Part shown: positions 1 to 13,400 of the stretch, piece after piece
Layout of the letters: every line of letters starts with the position of its first letter
Position numbering within the stretch: position 1 is the first letter of the stretch
Assembly: GCA_027923505.1 (NCBI GenBank)
Contig: BROI01000007.1
Location: forward strand, 434,001-498,000
Source of the DNA: Mayamaea pseudoterrestris
Taxonomy: Eukaryota
Length of the DNA stretch: 64,000 nt
Direction: 5' to 3'
Notes under the pieces: model-generated
The model's database searches: none
Told to the model about the DNA's origin: nothing
The model's input: only the letters and a program-made list of their open reading frames with translations
Program-made: the position numbers and the translations under genes

Positions 1-1
1 A

Positions 2-3000
2 CACTATGAGGAATTCATCTATGGCGACGAACGAGCCATCTTCCTGAGTGGATCCGTTTCAACCACTCACTCCGACGGATCCATAACCAACAATGGAATA
101 GAAGTTCTGGTGGATCCTGCATCTAACTTGCCGACCGGGTATGCCTACGATACCTCGTCTCCTTCTGCATCTGCCTATCGGGCAAGCGAGTTGTCGGCGC
201 CGCCTGGATCGCCACCAGGCCCCGAGCCAGCTCCAAATGCGTCAAATGCACCTCCAGGCAATACTGGAAGGCATCAAAATGGCAATCTCGGTGGATCTTG
301 TCAAACAAGGGCGCATGGTTTCTTGCCTGGGTCCGCACAAGGCCGAGGTCCCAGCTCGAATTCACGTCAATTGCCAAGTGGCCCGCAAGTCTACTCGGTT
401 GCTATGCCTTCTCCATTGCCGCCTCCGGTGGTAGCTTCCAATAATGCTAATATAACGGAAGCAGAGAAGGAACTTTTGCGGTGGCATTACCGTCTTGGCC
501 ATCTCGCCAAGGCGAGGATCCAGTTCCTGATGAAGGGAGGCATCCTAGCTCAATCAGAGGGACAACGGCGCCTACACGCCGCAAGCTCGAGGCTGGTTAA
601 TCCTCCTCTTTGCGCTGCCTGCCAGTATGCTAAACAAAGGCTGCGTTCTGCTCCCGGGAACAAGTCAACTGCGGTCAAGGATCGAGTTGGAGCGTTGCGC
701 CGCAACGACGTGTTTCCAGGGCAACAAGTTAGCGTTGACCATTTCATCTGCTCAACCAAAGGCAGACTCTTCTCCTCTCGAGGCAAGACTCAAGAGGCTG
801 ATCTTTACTGCGGTGGTTGCATCTTTGTGGATCACGCCTCTGGCTACGTCTTCATCTACTTCCAGCGGCATTTAACCACCGACGAGACCCTTGCCGCAAA
901 GGAGGCATTCGAGCTATCCTGCCGCGACTATGGAGTCATTCCTCAAGAGTATCTTTCTGACAATGGACGTGCCTTTGCGTCTAAAGCATTTGCTCAGCAT
1001 CTTGCAGTGTTCTCCCAGATCAACAAGTTTGCCGGCGTCGGCGCCCACCATCACAATGGGATCGCCGAGCGCTCCATCCAAACGATCATGGCAATCACTC
1101 GCGCTATGATGCTACACGCCTCTATACACTGGCCTGAGCTATCTGATCTATCGCTCTGGCCAATGGCGTGCCAATATGCCGCGTTCCTGTGGAACAAGAT
1201 GCCCGACCTGCACTCAGGGATCAGTCCACACGACTTGTTTACGCGCACTCGATGGCCTCACTCGCGCTTCCATGACCTTCATGTATGGGGATGCCCAGTC
1301 TATATACTGGAGAAGCGTCTCTCTGATGGTCAGAAGCTGCCGCGCTGGTCGCCTCGCTCCAAGCGTTGCGTCTTTGTCGGTATGAGTGACGCGCACGCAA
1401 GCTCCGTTCCTCTGGTCCTCAATCCAGAAACAGGAGCCATTACACCTCAGTTTCATGTGGTCTTTGACGACTACTTTAGCACGGTATCATCTGATCCTGG
1501 CAGCTTGCCAGATTTCGAGACGGACGAGTGGCGCAAACTCTTTGGCGACAGCTCCTATCAGTATATCCCCATTGACGAGGATGGAGCCGACCAAGAGCCT
1601 TCAACCAGCGCGCCTCCTATTCCTGAAGCTGCTATTCAGCAAAAGGATCGAGTGGAAGCCGCTTTTGAAACCAATCGTCCATCCCATCCATTGCCTGGCG
1701 AGCCGGCCCCAAGCGAGCCAACCGGCGACCCATTGCATGATCCCGCCGACCCGACCGACGATGGTTCTGGTCTCGCAAGGGCGCAGGATGACAGTTCTCC
1801 GCCTGCAAGGGCGCCAAGTCCAACTTTTGATACCACCGCTTCGGCCAATTCTGCAGACTCGTCTTCAGCTAGCGCACCTACACACCATAACGCTGTGACA
1901 CCAAGTCCATCAAGCTCGCAAATGGACACACCAAGACGATCCCTTCGTTCTAATATGGGCCAACTGCCTCAGCGGCTTACCTACATTAGTCCTGGGCATC
2001 AAGCAAACATTCTCTATCAGTTGCCATCTGCCGAAGCCGCGCATTTCTCGGCGTTATTCTCCGCCTTCAACGTTTCCGCCCCTGCTATTTACAAGGCAGC
2101 GGCCACCGATCCTGATACACTCACTTGGGATCAAGCTATGCGTGATCATCCTCACCAAGCTGATTGGGTTAAAGCAGCAGTCGCTGAGATTACGTCTCTC
2201 CAGAATAAAGGGACGTGGATCGAAGTGCCCAAGTCTTCCGCCACAAGCAAGATCATTCCTGGCACCTGGGTCTTCCGCCGCAAGCGCTCGCCTGATGGAG
2301 TCATTAAGAAGTACAAAGCCCGCTTCTGTGTTAGAGGAGACTTGGAGGAAGGAACGTTCGATACCTTCTCTCCAGTTGTTGCGTGGTCAACGATTCGCCT
2401 CCTGTTGGTCTTTGCCCTTACGCTCGATTGGCATGCTTGCACCATTGACTTCTCCAGTGCCTTTGTCCAAGCTAAACTTGACAAGCCAGTATGGATTCAC
2501 ATTCCTCGTGGTTTTGGCTCAAGCCTTGGCCCCGACCATTGCCTCTGCTTGAAGAAGAGTCTATACGGACTGTCCGTTGCCCCGCGCCTTTGGTTTGAAC
2601 ACCTCACTCGCGCATTCAAGTCGCTCGGTTTAAAACAAAGCGAATTTGATCAATGCCTCTTCTTTGGCACTTCTTTTATCTGCGCTTGTTTTGTTGACGA
2701 CATTTTGTTCATCTCTAAGTGCCCCAAGAGCGTCGATGCCTTTGTCGAGCGCCTCAGCTCCATGGGATTTGAGTTAACAAAGGAAGACTCGCTTTGCGAT
2801 TACCTCGGCATCAAACTCGTCCGCGACAATGCCAACGGTTCCTACAAGCTTACTCAGCAAGGATTAATTGACAAGATTCTTGTTGCTACTGGTTTGACGG
2901 AATCAAATCCAAACGCCGTCCCAGCGACTCAACTCGCGCTCGGTACCGACCCCGACGGGGACTGCATGCGCGAGAGCTGGTCCTACCCTTCTATCGTTGG

Positions 3001-3688
3001 TATGCTTCTCTATCTTGCTATCAACTCGCGTCCTGACATTGCTTATGCTGTTAGTCAAGTCGCTCGCTTCAACCACGGTCCTAAACAAAGCCACGCAAAG
3101 GCCGTCAAGACGATCGTTCGTTACTTGCGAGGCACTCGCAACGTGGGGACCGTCATGAAACCAGATGGTTCCTTCAATCTGGACCTTTATACAGACGCAG
3201 ACTATGCTGGTCTCTATAAACAAGAACCCGACCATTCAACTATGTCGGTTCGTTCTCGTACAGGCTACATCATTCTTCTCGGTGGATGCCCGCTCATTTG
3301 GAAGAGCCAGTTACAAACGGAAATTGCGCTCTCTACTCTGGAAGCAGAATATTGCTCTTTGTCTCTTGGCTTAAAGACTCTCCTTCCGCTCAAGCGCATC
3401 CTTATTGAGGTACTACAAGTACTTCGCCTTCCTAGTCCTACGGCTACTTGCGTGAGCGCTCGTGCCTATCAAGACAACCAAGGCGCTTATTATCTCGCCA
3501 CCAACCAGCGCTTAACCAATCGCACCAAGCACATGCTAGTCAAGTTCCATTGGTTCTGGTTGCATTACAAACGAGGCGAGTTTAGTATCTCCATGGTTAA
3601 ATCAGCCGACCAACTGGCCGACTACTTGACCAAGGGACTTGCCAAGGATCTGTTCCTCAAGAATCGTCTCAGCGTTCAACACTGCTAA
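2..3688 (+). mobile_element. Ty1/copia (CoDi-like) LTR retrotransposon pol ORF: integrase, reverse transcriptase, RNase H; 5' part lies outside the window
   Basis: The frame is open from base 2 to the stop at 3688. It carries the HHCC zinc finger (WHYRLGHL...CAAC), the DDE integrase (SVDHF, SDNG, GIAERSI), RT motifs (WVFRRKR..DG..KKYKARFCVRGD, IDFSSAFVQ, KKSLYGL, FVDD) and RNase H motifs (YTDADY, EAEY, QDNQGA, RTKH, QLADYLTK). The order INT-RT-RH defines copia. Confidence 0.97.
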
Positions 3689-3785
3689 GTATTACGCTAT
3701 ACACCCACCTTTATATATAAAAGACTCTCTATATCTAGTCTACTTACTTATCTTCTTCGACCTATAGTCGCCTGCACTCTAACGC

Positions 3786-4210
3786 AAGGGCGAGTCGAGA
3801 TTGACTGTGTCCGGGTTCTGTCTGTCCGGTACTTACGTACTTGTCTGTCCGGTACTCCCGTCGATTTGCATTGGATCGTTGCCATTCCACCATGGCGCTC
3901 TGCACGCTCCGTTCTTCATGCTTTCATGCTAACAAGCTCCAACAGCTATAACAACGGCATTATTGTCTGTTCACCAGACGTGGGTTCTTCTTTGAGATTT
4001 ATCATTACAATGATCCTGGATGTTCCTGTCTTTCGAGTCGAATGTCGAGCCTTGTGCTCACAATCTGAAACTAGTGATTGCATAAAACACTATAAGCTTG
4101 CTGTTGCAAAAACAAACATCTTCTTCATTGTTTAACCTACTACTTGCGAAGTAGTCTTCACTCTCAGCTTGCAATTGAGAATGGTGAGCCCTTGTTCAAT
4201 GTTAACTACA
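3786..4210 (+). mobile_element. Putative polypurine tract and 3' LTR of the copia element
   Basis: A purine-rich AAGGGCGAG (3786-3794) lies ~100 bp after the pol stop. A direct repeat TGTCTGTCCGGTACT sits at 3819 and 3842, and a hairpin ACTACTT-GCG-AAGTAGT at 4139-4155. The segment ends ...TTAACTACA. The 5' LTR is outside the window, so the boundaries are unverified. Confidence 0.5.
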
Positions 4211-4490
4211 CCTATATGTAGTGCTGCAAGCTTTGCAAATGGTGAGTGAATGGATGGGAAATAATGTATTCCAGACCATGTAATGGATTATTTATAAAGC
4301 ATGAAATTGTTGATGTGTCCAAGGTACATACGACTGCCATAAAATTTTTATAGTTGGAGGCTGTCACATATGTGTTTGCCGCACACATACAAAATGAGCC
4401 ATCCAAGTGGTTACAGTAGCTAAATGCCATGTGTGGACAGGAGTCACATAAGAGCCATCTGCTGCAAATGTTGCCATTTCCAGCAACCCC

Positions 4491-7400
4491 GTGTAATTTG
4501 GGCACCTACAGGGCTTGCTGTAGGGGCGTTTGAATGTCGCGGCATCTGCGGGCTGAGACTGGTGACAAGTTGTCACCAAATACATTGCCATCCCTTGAGA
4601 CATCAGCCAAGCCTACCATCTTGTAGAGCAGCCTGAATAATGATGTTGGCACCATTCTGGTGTATTTTGAGCACCTACAGGGCTTGTTGTAGGGGCGTTT
4701 GAATGTCACGGAATCTGCGGGCTGAGATTGGTGACAAGTTTGTCACCAAATACATTGCCATCCCCTGAGATACCAGCCAAGCCTACCATCGTGTAGCGCA
4801 GCCTGAATAATGATGTTGGCACCATTCTGGTGTATTTTGGGCACCCACAGGGCTTGCTGTAGGGGCGTTTGAATGTCACGGCATCTGCGGGCTGAGACTG
4901 GTGACAAGTTGTCACTAAATACATTGCCATCCCCTGAGACACCAGCCAAGCCTATCATCTTGTAGCGCAGCCCTGAATAATGATGCCGGCACCATTCTGG
5001 TGTATCTTGGGCACCTACAGGGCTTGCTGTAGGGGTGTTTGAATGTCACGGCATCTGCGGGCTTAGATTGGTGACAAGTTGTCACCAAATACATTGCCAT
5101 CCCCTGCCATCCCCTGAAACACCAGCCAAGACTACCATCTTGTAGACCAGCATGAATAATGATGTTGGCACCATTCTGGTGTAATTTGGGCACCTACAGG
5201 GCTTGCTGTAGGGGTGTTTCAATGTCACGGCATCTGCGGGCTGAGATTGGTGACAAGTTGTCACCAAATACATTGCCATCCCCTGAGATACCAGCCAAGC
5301 CTACCATCGTGTAGCGCAGCCTGAATAATGATGTTGGCACCATTCTGGTGTATTTTGGGCACCCACAGGGCTTGCTGTAGGGGCGTTTGAATGTCACGGC
5401 ATCTGCGGGCTGAGACTGGTGACAAGTTGTCACCAAATACATTGCCATCCCCTGAGACACCAGCCAAGCCTACCATCTTGTAGCGCATCCTGAATAATGA
5501 TGTAGGCACCATTCTGGTGTCATTTGGGCACCTACAGGGCTTGCTGTAGGGGCGTTTGAATGTCACGGCATCTGCGGGCTTAGATTGGTGACAAGTTGTC
5601 ACCAAATACATTGCCATCCCCTGCCATCCCCTGAAACACCAGCCAAGACTACCATCTTGTAGACCAGCATGAATAATGATGTTGGCACCATTCTGGTGTA
5701 ATTTGGGCACCTACAGGGCTTGCTGTAGGGGCGTTTGAATGTCACGGCATCTGCGGGCTGAGATTGGTGACAAGTTGTCACCAAATACATTGCCATCCCC
5801 TGAGATACCAGCCAAGCCTACCATCGTGTAGCGCAGCCTGAATAATGATGGTGGCACCATTCTGGTGTATTTTGGGCACCCACAGGGCTTGCTGTAGGGG
5901 CGTTTGAATGTCACGGCATCTGCGGGCTGAGACTGGTGACTAGTTGTCACCAAATACATTGCCATCCCCTGAGACACCAGCCAAGCCTATCATCTTGTAG
6001 CGCAGCCTGAATAATGATGTTGGCACCATTCTGGTGTAATTTGGGCACCTATAGGGCTTGCTGTAGGGGCGTTTGAATGTCACGGCATCTGCGGGCTGAG
6101 ATTGGTGACAAGTTGTCACCAAATACATTGCCATCCCCTGAGACACCAGCCAAGCCTACCATCTTGTAGAGCAGCATTATTAATGATGTTGGCACCATTC
6201 TGGTGTATTTTGGGCACCTACAGGGCTTGCTGTAGGGGCGTTTGAATGTCACGGCATCTGCGGGCTGAGACTGGTGACAAGTTGTCACCAAATACATTGC
6301 CATCCCCTGAGACACCAGCCAAGCCTACCATCTTGTAGCGCAGCCTGAATAATGATGTTGGCACCATTCTGGTGTATTTTAGGCACCTACAGGGCTTGCT
6401 GTAGGGGCGTTTGAATGTCACGGCATCTGCGGGCTTAGATTGGTGACAAGTTGTCACCAAATACATTGCCATCCCCTGAGATACCAGCCAAGCCTACCAT
6501 CGTGTAGCGCAGCCTGAATAATGATGTTGGCACCATTCTGGTGTATTTTGGGCACCTACAGGGCTTGCTGTAGGGGTGTTTGAATGTCACAGCATCTGCG
6601 AGCTTAGATTGGTGACAAGTTGTCACCAAATACATTGCCATCCCCTGAGATACCAGCCAAGCCTACCATCTTGTAGCGCAGCCTGAATAATGATGTTGGC
6701 ACCATTCTGGTGTATTTTGGGCACCCACAGGGCTTGCTGTAGGGGCGTTTGAATGTCACGGCATCTGCGGGCTGAGACTGGTGACAAGTTGTCACCAAAT
6801 ACATTGCCATCCCCTGAGACACCAGCCAAGCCTACCATCTTGTAGCGCAGCCTGAATAATGATGTTGGCACCATTCTGGTGTATTTTGGGCACCTACAGG
6901 GCTTGCTGTAGGGGCGTTTGAATGTCACGGCATCTGCGGGCTGAGACTGGTGACAAGTTGTCACCAAATACATTGCCATCCCCTGAGACACCAGCCAAGC
7001 CTACCATCTTGTAGAGCAGCATTATTAATGATGTTGGCACCATTCTGGTGTATTTTGGGCACCTACAGGGCTTGCTGTAGGGGTGTTTGAATGTCACGGC
7101 ATCTGCGGGCTGAGATTGGTGACAAGTTGTCACCAAATACATTGCCATCCCCTGAGACACCAGCCAAGCCTACCATCTTGTAGCGCAGCCTGAATAATGA
7201 TGTTGGCACCATTCTGGTGTATTTTGGGCACCTACAGGGCTTGCTGTAGGGGCGTTTGAATGTCACGGCATCTGCGGGCTGAGACTGGTGACAAGTTGTC
7301 ACCAAATACATTGCCATCCCCTGAGACACCAGCCAAGCCTACCATCTTGTAGCGCAGCCTGAATAATGATGTTGGCACCATTCTGGTGTATTTTGGGCAC

Positions 7401-10400
7401 CTACAGGGCTTGCTGTAGGGGCGTTTGAATGTCACGGCATCTGCGGGCTGAGACTGGTGACAAGTTGTCACCAAATACATTGCCATCCCCTGAGACACCA
7501 GCCAAGCCTACCATCGTGTAGCGCAGCCTGAATAATGATGTTGGCACCATTCTGGTGTAATTTGGGCACCTACAGGGCTTGCTGTAGGGGCGTTTGAATG
7601 TCACGGCATCTGCGGGCTGTGACTGGTGACAAGTTGTCACCAAATACATTGCCATCCCCTGAGACACCAGCCAAGCCTACCATCGTGTAGCGCAGCCTGA
7701 ATAATGATGTTGGCACCATTCTGGTGTATTTTGGGCACCCACAGGGCTTGCTGTAGGGGCGTTTGAATGTCACGGCATCTGCGGGCTGAGACTGGTGACA
7801 AGTTGTCACCAAATACATTGCCATCCCCTGAGACACCAGCCAAGCCTACCATCTTGTAGCGCAGCTTGCACAATGATGTTGGCACCATTCTGGTGTAATT
7901 TGGGCACCTGCAGGGCCTGCTGTAGGGGCGTTTGAATGTCACGGCATCTGCGGGCTGAGACTGGTGACAAGTTGTCACCAAATACATTGCCATCCCCTGA
8001 GACACCAGGCAAGCCTACCATCTTGTAGCGCAGCCTGAATAATGATGTTGGCTACATTCTGGTGTATTTTGGGCACCTACAGGGCTTGCTGTAGGGGTGT
8101 TTGAATGTCACGGCATCTGCGGGCTGAGACTGGTGACAAGTTGTCACCAAATACATTGCCATCCCCTGAGACACCAGCCAAGCCTACCAATAATAATAAC
8201 TCAAAAATTTACTTTGTAGTGTAACCACCACTAGGCTCCGCCATCGCCTGCGCAGACACCCAGCCAAGCCTACCATCTTGTAGCGCAGCCTGAATAATGA
8301 TGTTGGCACCATTCTGGTGTATTTTGGGCACCTACAGGGCTTGCTGTAGGGGCGTTTGAATGTCACGGCATCTGCGGGCTGAGACTGGTGACAAGTTGTC
8401 ACCAAATACATTGCCATCCCCTGAGACACCAGGCAAGCCTACCATCTTGTAGCGCAGCCTGAATAATGATGTTGGCACCATTCTGGTGTATTTTGGGCAC
8501 CTACAGGGCTTGCTGTAGGGGCGTTTGAATGTCACGGCATCTGCGGGCTGAGACTGGTGACAAGTTGTCACCAAAGACATTGCCATCCCCTGAGACACCA
8601 GCCAAGCCTACCATCTTGTAGCGCAGCCTGAATAATAATGCTGGCACCATTCGGGTGTATTTTGGGCACCTACAGGGCTTGCTGTAGGGGCGTTTGAATG
8701 TCGCGGCATCTGCGGGCTGAGACTGGTGACAAGTTGTCACCAAATACATTGCCATCCCCTGAGACACCAGCCAAGCCAACCATCTTGTAGCGCAGCCTGA
8801 ATAATGATGTTGGCACCATTCTGGTGTATTTTGGGCACCTACAGGGCTTGCTGTAGGGGCGTTTGAATGTCACGGCATCTGCGGGCTGAGACTGGTGACA
8901 AGTTGTCACCAAATACATTGCCATCCCCTGAGACACCAGCCAAGCCTACCATCTTGTAGCGCAGCCTGAATAATGATGTTGGCACCATTCTGGTGTATTT
9001 TGGGCACCTACAGGGCTTGCTGTAGGGGCGTTTGAATGTCACGGCATCTGCGGGCTGAGACTGGTGACAAGTTGTCACCAAATACATTGCCATCCCCTGA
9101 GACACCAGCCAAGCCTACCATCTTGTAGCGCAGCCTGCATAATGATGTTGGCACCATTCTGGTGTATTTTGGGCACCTACAGGGCTTGCTGTAGGGGCAT
9201 TTGAATGTTGCGGCATCTACAGGCTCAGACTGGTGACAAGTTGTCACCAAATACATTGCCATCCCCTGAGACACCAGTCAAGCCATCTATCTTGTAGCGC
9301 AGCCTGAATAATGATGTTGGCACCATTCTGGTGTATTTTGGGCACCTACAGGGCTTGCTGTAGGGGCGTTTGAATGTCACGGCATCTGCGGGCTGAGACT
9401 GGTGACAAGTTGTCACCAAATACATTGCCATCCCCTGAGACACCAGCCAAGCCTACCATCTTGTAGCGCAGCCTGAATAATGATGTTGGCACCATTCTGG
9501 TGTATTTTGGGCACCTACAGGGCTTGCTGTAGGGGCATTTGAATGTCACGGCATCTGCGGGCTGAGACTGGTGACAAGTTGTCACCAAATACATTGCCAT
9601 CCCCTGAGACACCAGCCAAGCCTACCATCTTGTAGCGCAGCCTGAATAATGATGTTGGCACCATTCTGGTGTATGTTGGGCACCTACAGGGCTTGCTGTA
9701 GGGGCATTTGAATGTCACGGCATCTGCGGGCTGAGACTGGTGACAAGTTGTCACCAAATACATTGCCATCCCCTGAGACACCAGCCAAGCCTACCATCTT
9801 GTAGCGCAGCCTGAATAATGATGTTGGCACCATTCTGGTGTATTTTGGGCACCTACAGGGCTTGCTGTAGGGGCATTTGAATGTCGCAGCATCTGCTGGC
9901 TGAGACTGGTGACAAGTTGTCACCAAATACATTGCCATCCCCTGAGACACCAGCCAAGCCTACCATCTTGTAGCGCAGCCTGAATAATGATGTTGGCACC
10001 ATTCTGGTGTATTTTGGGCACCTACAGGGCTTGCTGTAGGGGCGTTTGAATGTCACGGCATCTGCGGGCTGAGACTGGTGACAAGTTGTCACCAAATACA
10101 TTGCCATCCCCTGAGACACCAGCCAAGCCTACCATATTGTAGCGCAGCCTGATCTCTGATGTTGGCAACATTTGGGTGTATTTTGGGCACCCACAGGGCT
10201 TGCTGTAGGGGCGTTTGAATGTCGCGGCATCTGCGGGCTGAGACTGGTGACAAGTTGTCACCAAATACATTGCCATCCCCTGAGACACCAGCCAAGCCAT
10301 CCCTCTTGTAGCGCAGCCTGAATAATGATGTTGGCACCATTCTGGTGTAATTTGGGCACCTACAGGGCTTGCTGTAGGGGCGTTTGAATGTCACGGCATC

Positions 10401-13400
10401 TGCGGGCTGAGACTGGTGACAAGTAGTCACCAAATACATTGCCATCCCCTGAGACACCAGCCAAGCCTACCATCTTGTAGCGCAGCCTGAATAATGATGT
10501 TGGCACCATTCTGGTGTATTTGGGCACCTACAGGTCTTGCTGTAGGGGCATTTGAATGTTGCGGCATCTGCAGGCTGAGACTGGTGACAAGTAGTCACCA
10601 AATACATTGCCATCCCCTGAGACACCAGCCAAGCCTACCATCTTGTAGCGCAGCCTGAATAATGATGTTGGCACCATTCTGGTGTATTTTGGGCACCTAC
10701 AGGGCTTGCTGTAGGGGCGTTTGAATGTCACGGCATCTGCGGGCTGAGACTGGTGACAAGTTGTCACCAAATACATTGCCATCCCCTGAGACACCAGCCA
10801 AGCCTACCATCTTGTAGCGCAGCCTGATTTATGATGTTGGCAACATTCGGGTGTATTTTGGGCACCTACAGGGCTTGCTGTAGGGGCGTTTGAATGTCGC
10901 GGCATCTGCGGGCTGAGACTGGTGACAAGTTGTCACCAAATACATTGCCATCCCCTGAGACACCAGTCAAGCCATCCATCTTGTAGCGCAGCCTGAATAA
11001 TGATGTTGGCACCATTCTGGTGTATTTTAGGCGCCTACAGGGCTTGCTGTAGGGGCGTTTGAATGTCACGGCATCTGCGGGCTGAGACTGGTGACAAGTT
11101 GTCACCAAATACATTGCCATCCCCTGAGACACCAGCCAAGCCTACCATCTTGTAGCGCAGCCTGAATAATGATGTTGGCACCATTCTGGTGTATTTTGGG
11201 CACCTACAGGGCTTGCTATAGGGGCATTTGAATGTTGCGGCATCTGCGGGCTGAGACTGGTGACAAGTTGTCACCAAATACATTGCCATCCCCTGAGACA
11301 CCAGCCAAGCCTACCATCTTGTAGCGCAGCCTGAATAATGATGTTGGCACCATTCTGGTGTATTTTGGGCACCTACAGGGCTTGCTGTAGGGGCGTTTGA
11401 ATGTCACGGCATCTGCGGGCTGAGACTGGTGACAAGTTGTCACCAAATACATTGCCATCCCCTGAGACACCAGCCAAGCCTACCATCTTGTAGCGCAGCC
11501 TGAATAATGATGTTGGCACCATTCTGGTGTATTTTGGGCACCTACAGGGCTTGCTGTAGGGGCATTTGAATGTCACGGCATCTGCGGGCTGAGACTGGTG
11601 ACAAGTTGTCACCAAATACATTGCCATCCCCTGAGACACCAGCCAAGCCTACCATCTTGTAGCGCAGCCTGAATAATGATGTTGGCACCATTCTGGTGTA
11701 TGTTAGGCACCTACAGGTCTTGCTGTAGGGGCATTCGAATGTAGCGGCATCTGCGGGCTAAGACTGGTGACAAGTTGTCACCAAATACATTGCCATCCCC
11801 TGAGACACCAGCCAAGCCTACCATCTTGTAGCGCAGCCTGCATAATGATGTTGGCACCATTCTGGTGTATTTTGGGCACCTACAGGGCTTGCTGTAGGGG
11901 CGTTTGAATGTCACGGCATCTGCGGGCTGAGACTGGTGACAAGTTGTCACCAAATACATTGCCATCCCCTGAGACACCAGGCAAGCCTACCATCTTGTAG
12001 CGCAGCCTGATTTATGATGTTGGCAACATTCTGGTGTATTTTAGGCACCTACAGGGCTTGCTGTAGGGACGTTTGAATGTCACGGCATCTGCAGGCTGAC
12101 ACTGGTGAAAAGTTGTCACCAAATACATTGCCATCCCCGGAGACACCAGCCAAGCCTACCATCTTGTAGCGCAGCCTGAATAATGATGTTGGCACCATTC
12201 TGGTGTATTTTGGGCACCTACAGGGCTTGCTGTAGGGGCGTTTGAATGTCACGGCATCTGCGGGCTGAGACTGGTGACAAGTTGTCACCAAATACATTGC
12301 CATCCCCTGAGACACCAGCCAAGCCTACCATCTTGTAGCGCAGCCTGAATAATGATGTTGGCGAACATTCTGGTGTATTTTGGGCACCTACATGGCTTGC
12401 TGTAGGGGCATTTGACTGTCACAGCATCTGCGGGATGAGACTGGTGACAAGTTGTCACCAAATACATTGCCATCCCCTGAGACACCAGGCAAGCCTACCA
12501 TCTTGTTGCGCAGCCTGAATAAGGATATTGGCACCATTCTGGTGTATTTTAGGCACCTACAGGGCTTGCTGTAGGGGCGTTTGAATGTCACGGCTTCTGT
12601 GGGCTGAGACTGGTGACAAGTTGTCACCAAATACATTGCCATCCCCTGAGACACCAGCCAAGCCTACCATCTTGTAGCGCAGCCTGAACAATGATGTTGG
12701 CACCATTCTGGTGTATTTTGGGCACCTACAGGGCTTGCTGTAGGGGCGTTTGAATGTCACGGCATCTGCGGGCTGAGACTGGTGAAAAGTTGTCACCAAA
12801 TACATTGCCATCCCCTGAGACACCAGCCAAGCCTACCATCTTGTAGCGCAGCCTGAATAATGATGTTGGCACCATTCTGGTGTATTTTGGGCACCTACAG
12901 GGCTTGCTGTAGGGGCGTTTGAATGTCACGGCATCTGCTGGCTGAGACTGGTGACAAGTTGTCACCAAATACATTGCCATCCCCTGAGACACCAGCCAAG
13001 CCTACCATCTTGTAGCGCAGCCTGAACAATGATGTTGGCGCCATTCTGGTGTATTTTAGGCACCTACATGGCTTGCTGTAGGGGCATTTGAATGTCATGG
13101 CATCTGCGGGATGAGACTGGTGACAAGTTGTCACCAAATACATTGCCATCCCCTGAGACACCTGGCAAGCCTACCATGTTGTTGCGCAGCCTGAATAAGG
13201 ATATTGGCACCATTCTGGTGTATTTTAGGCACCTACAGGGCTTGCTGTAGGGGCGTTTGAATGTCACGGCATCTGCGGGCTGAGACTGGTGACAAGTTGT
13301 CACCAAATACATTGCCATCCCCTGAGACACCAGCCAAGCCTACCATCTTGTAGCGCAGCCTGATTAATGATGTTGGCACCATTCGGGTGTATTTTGGGCA

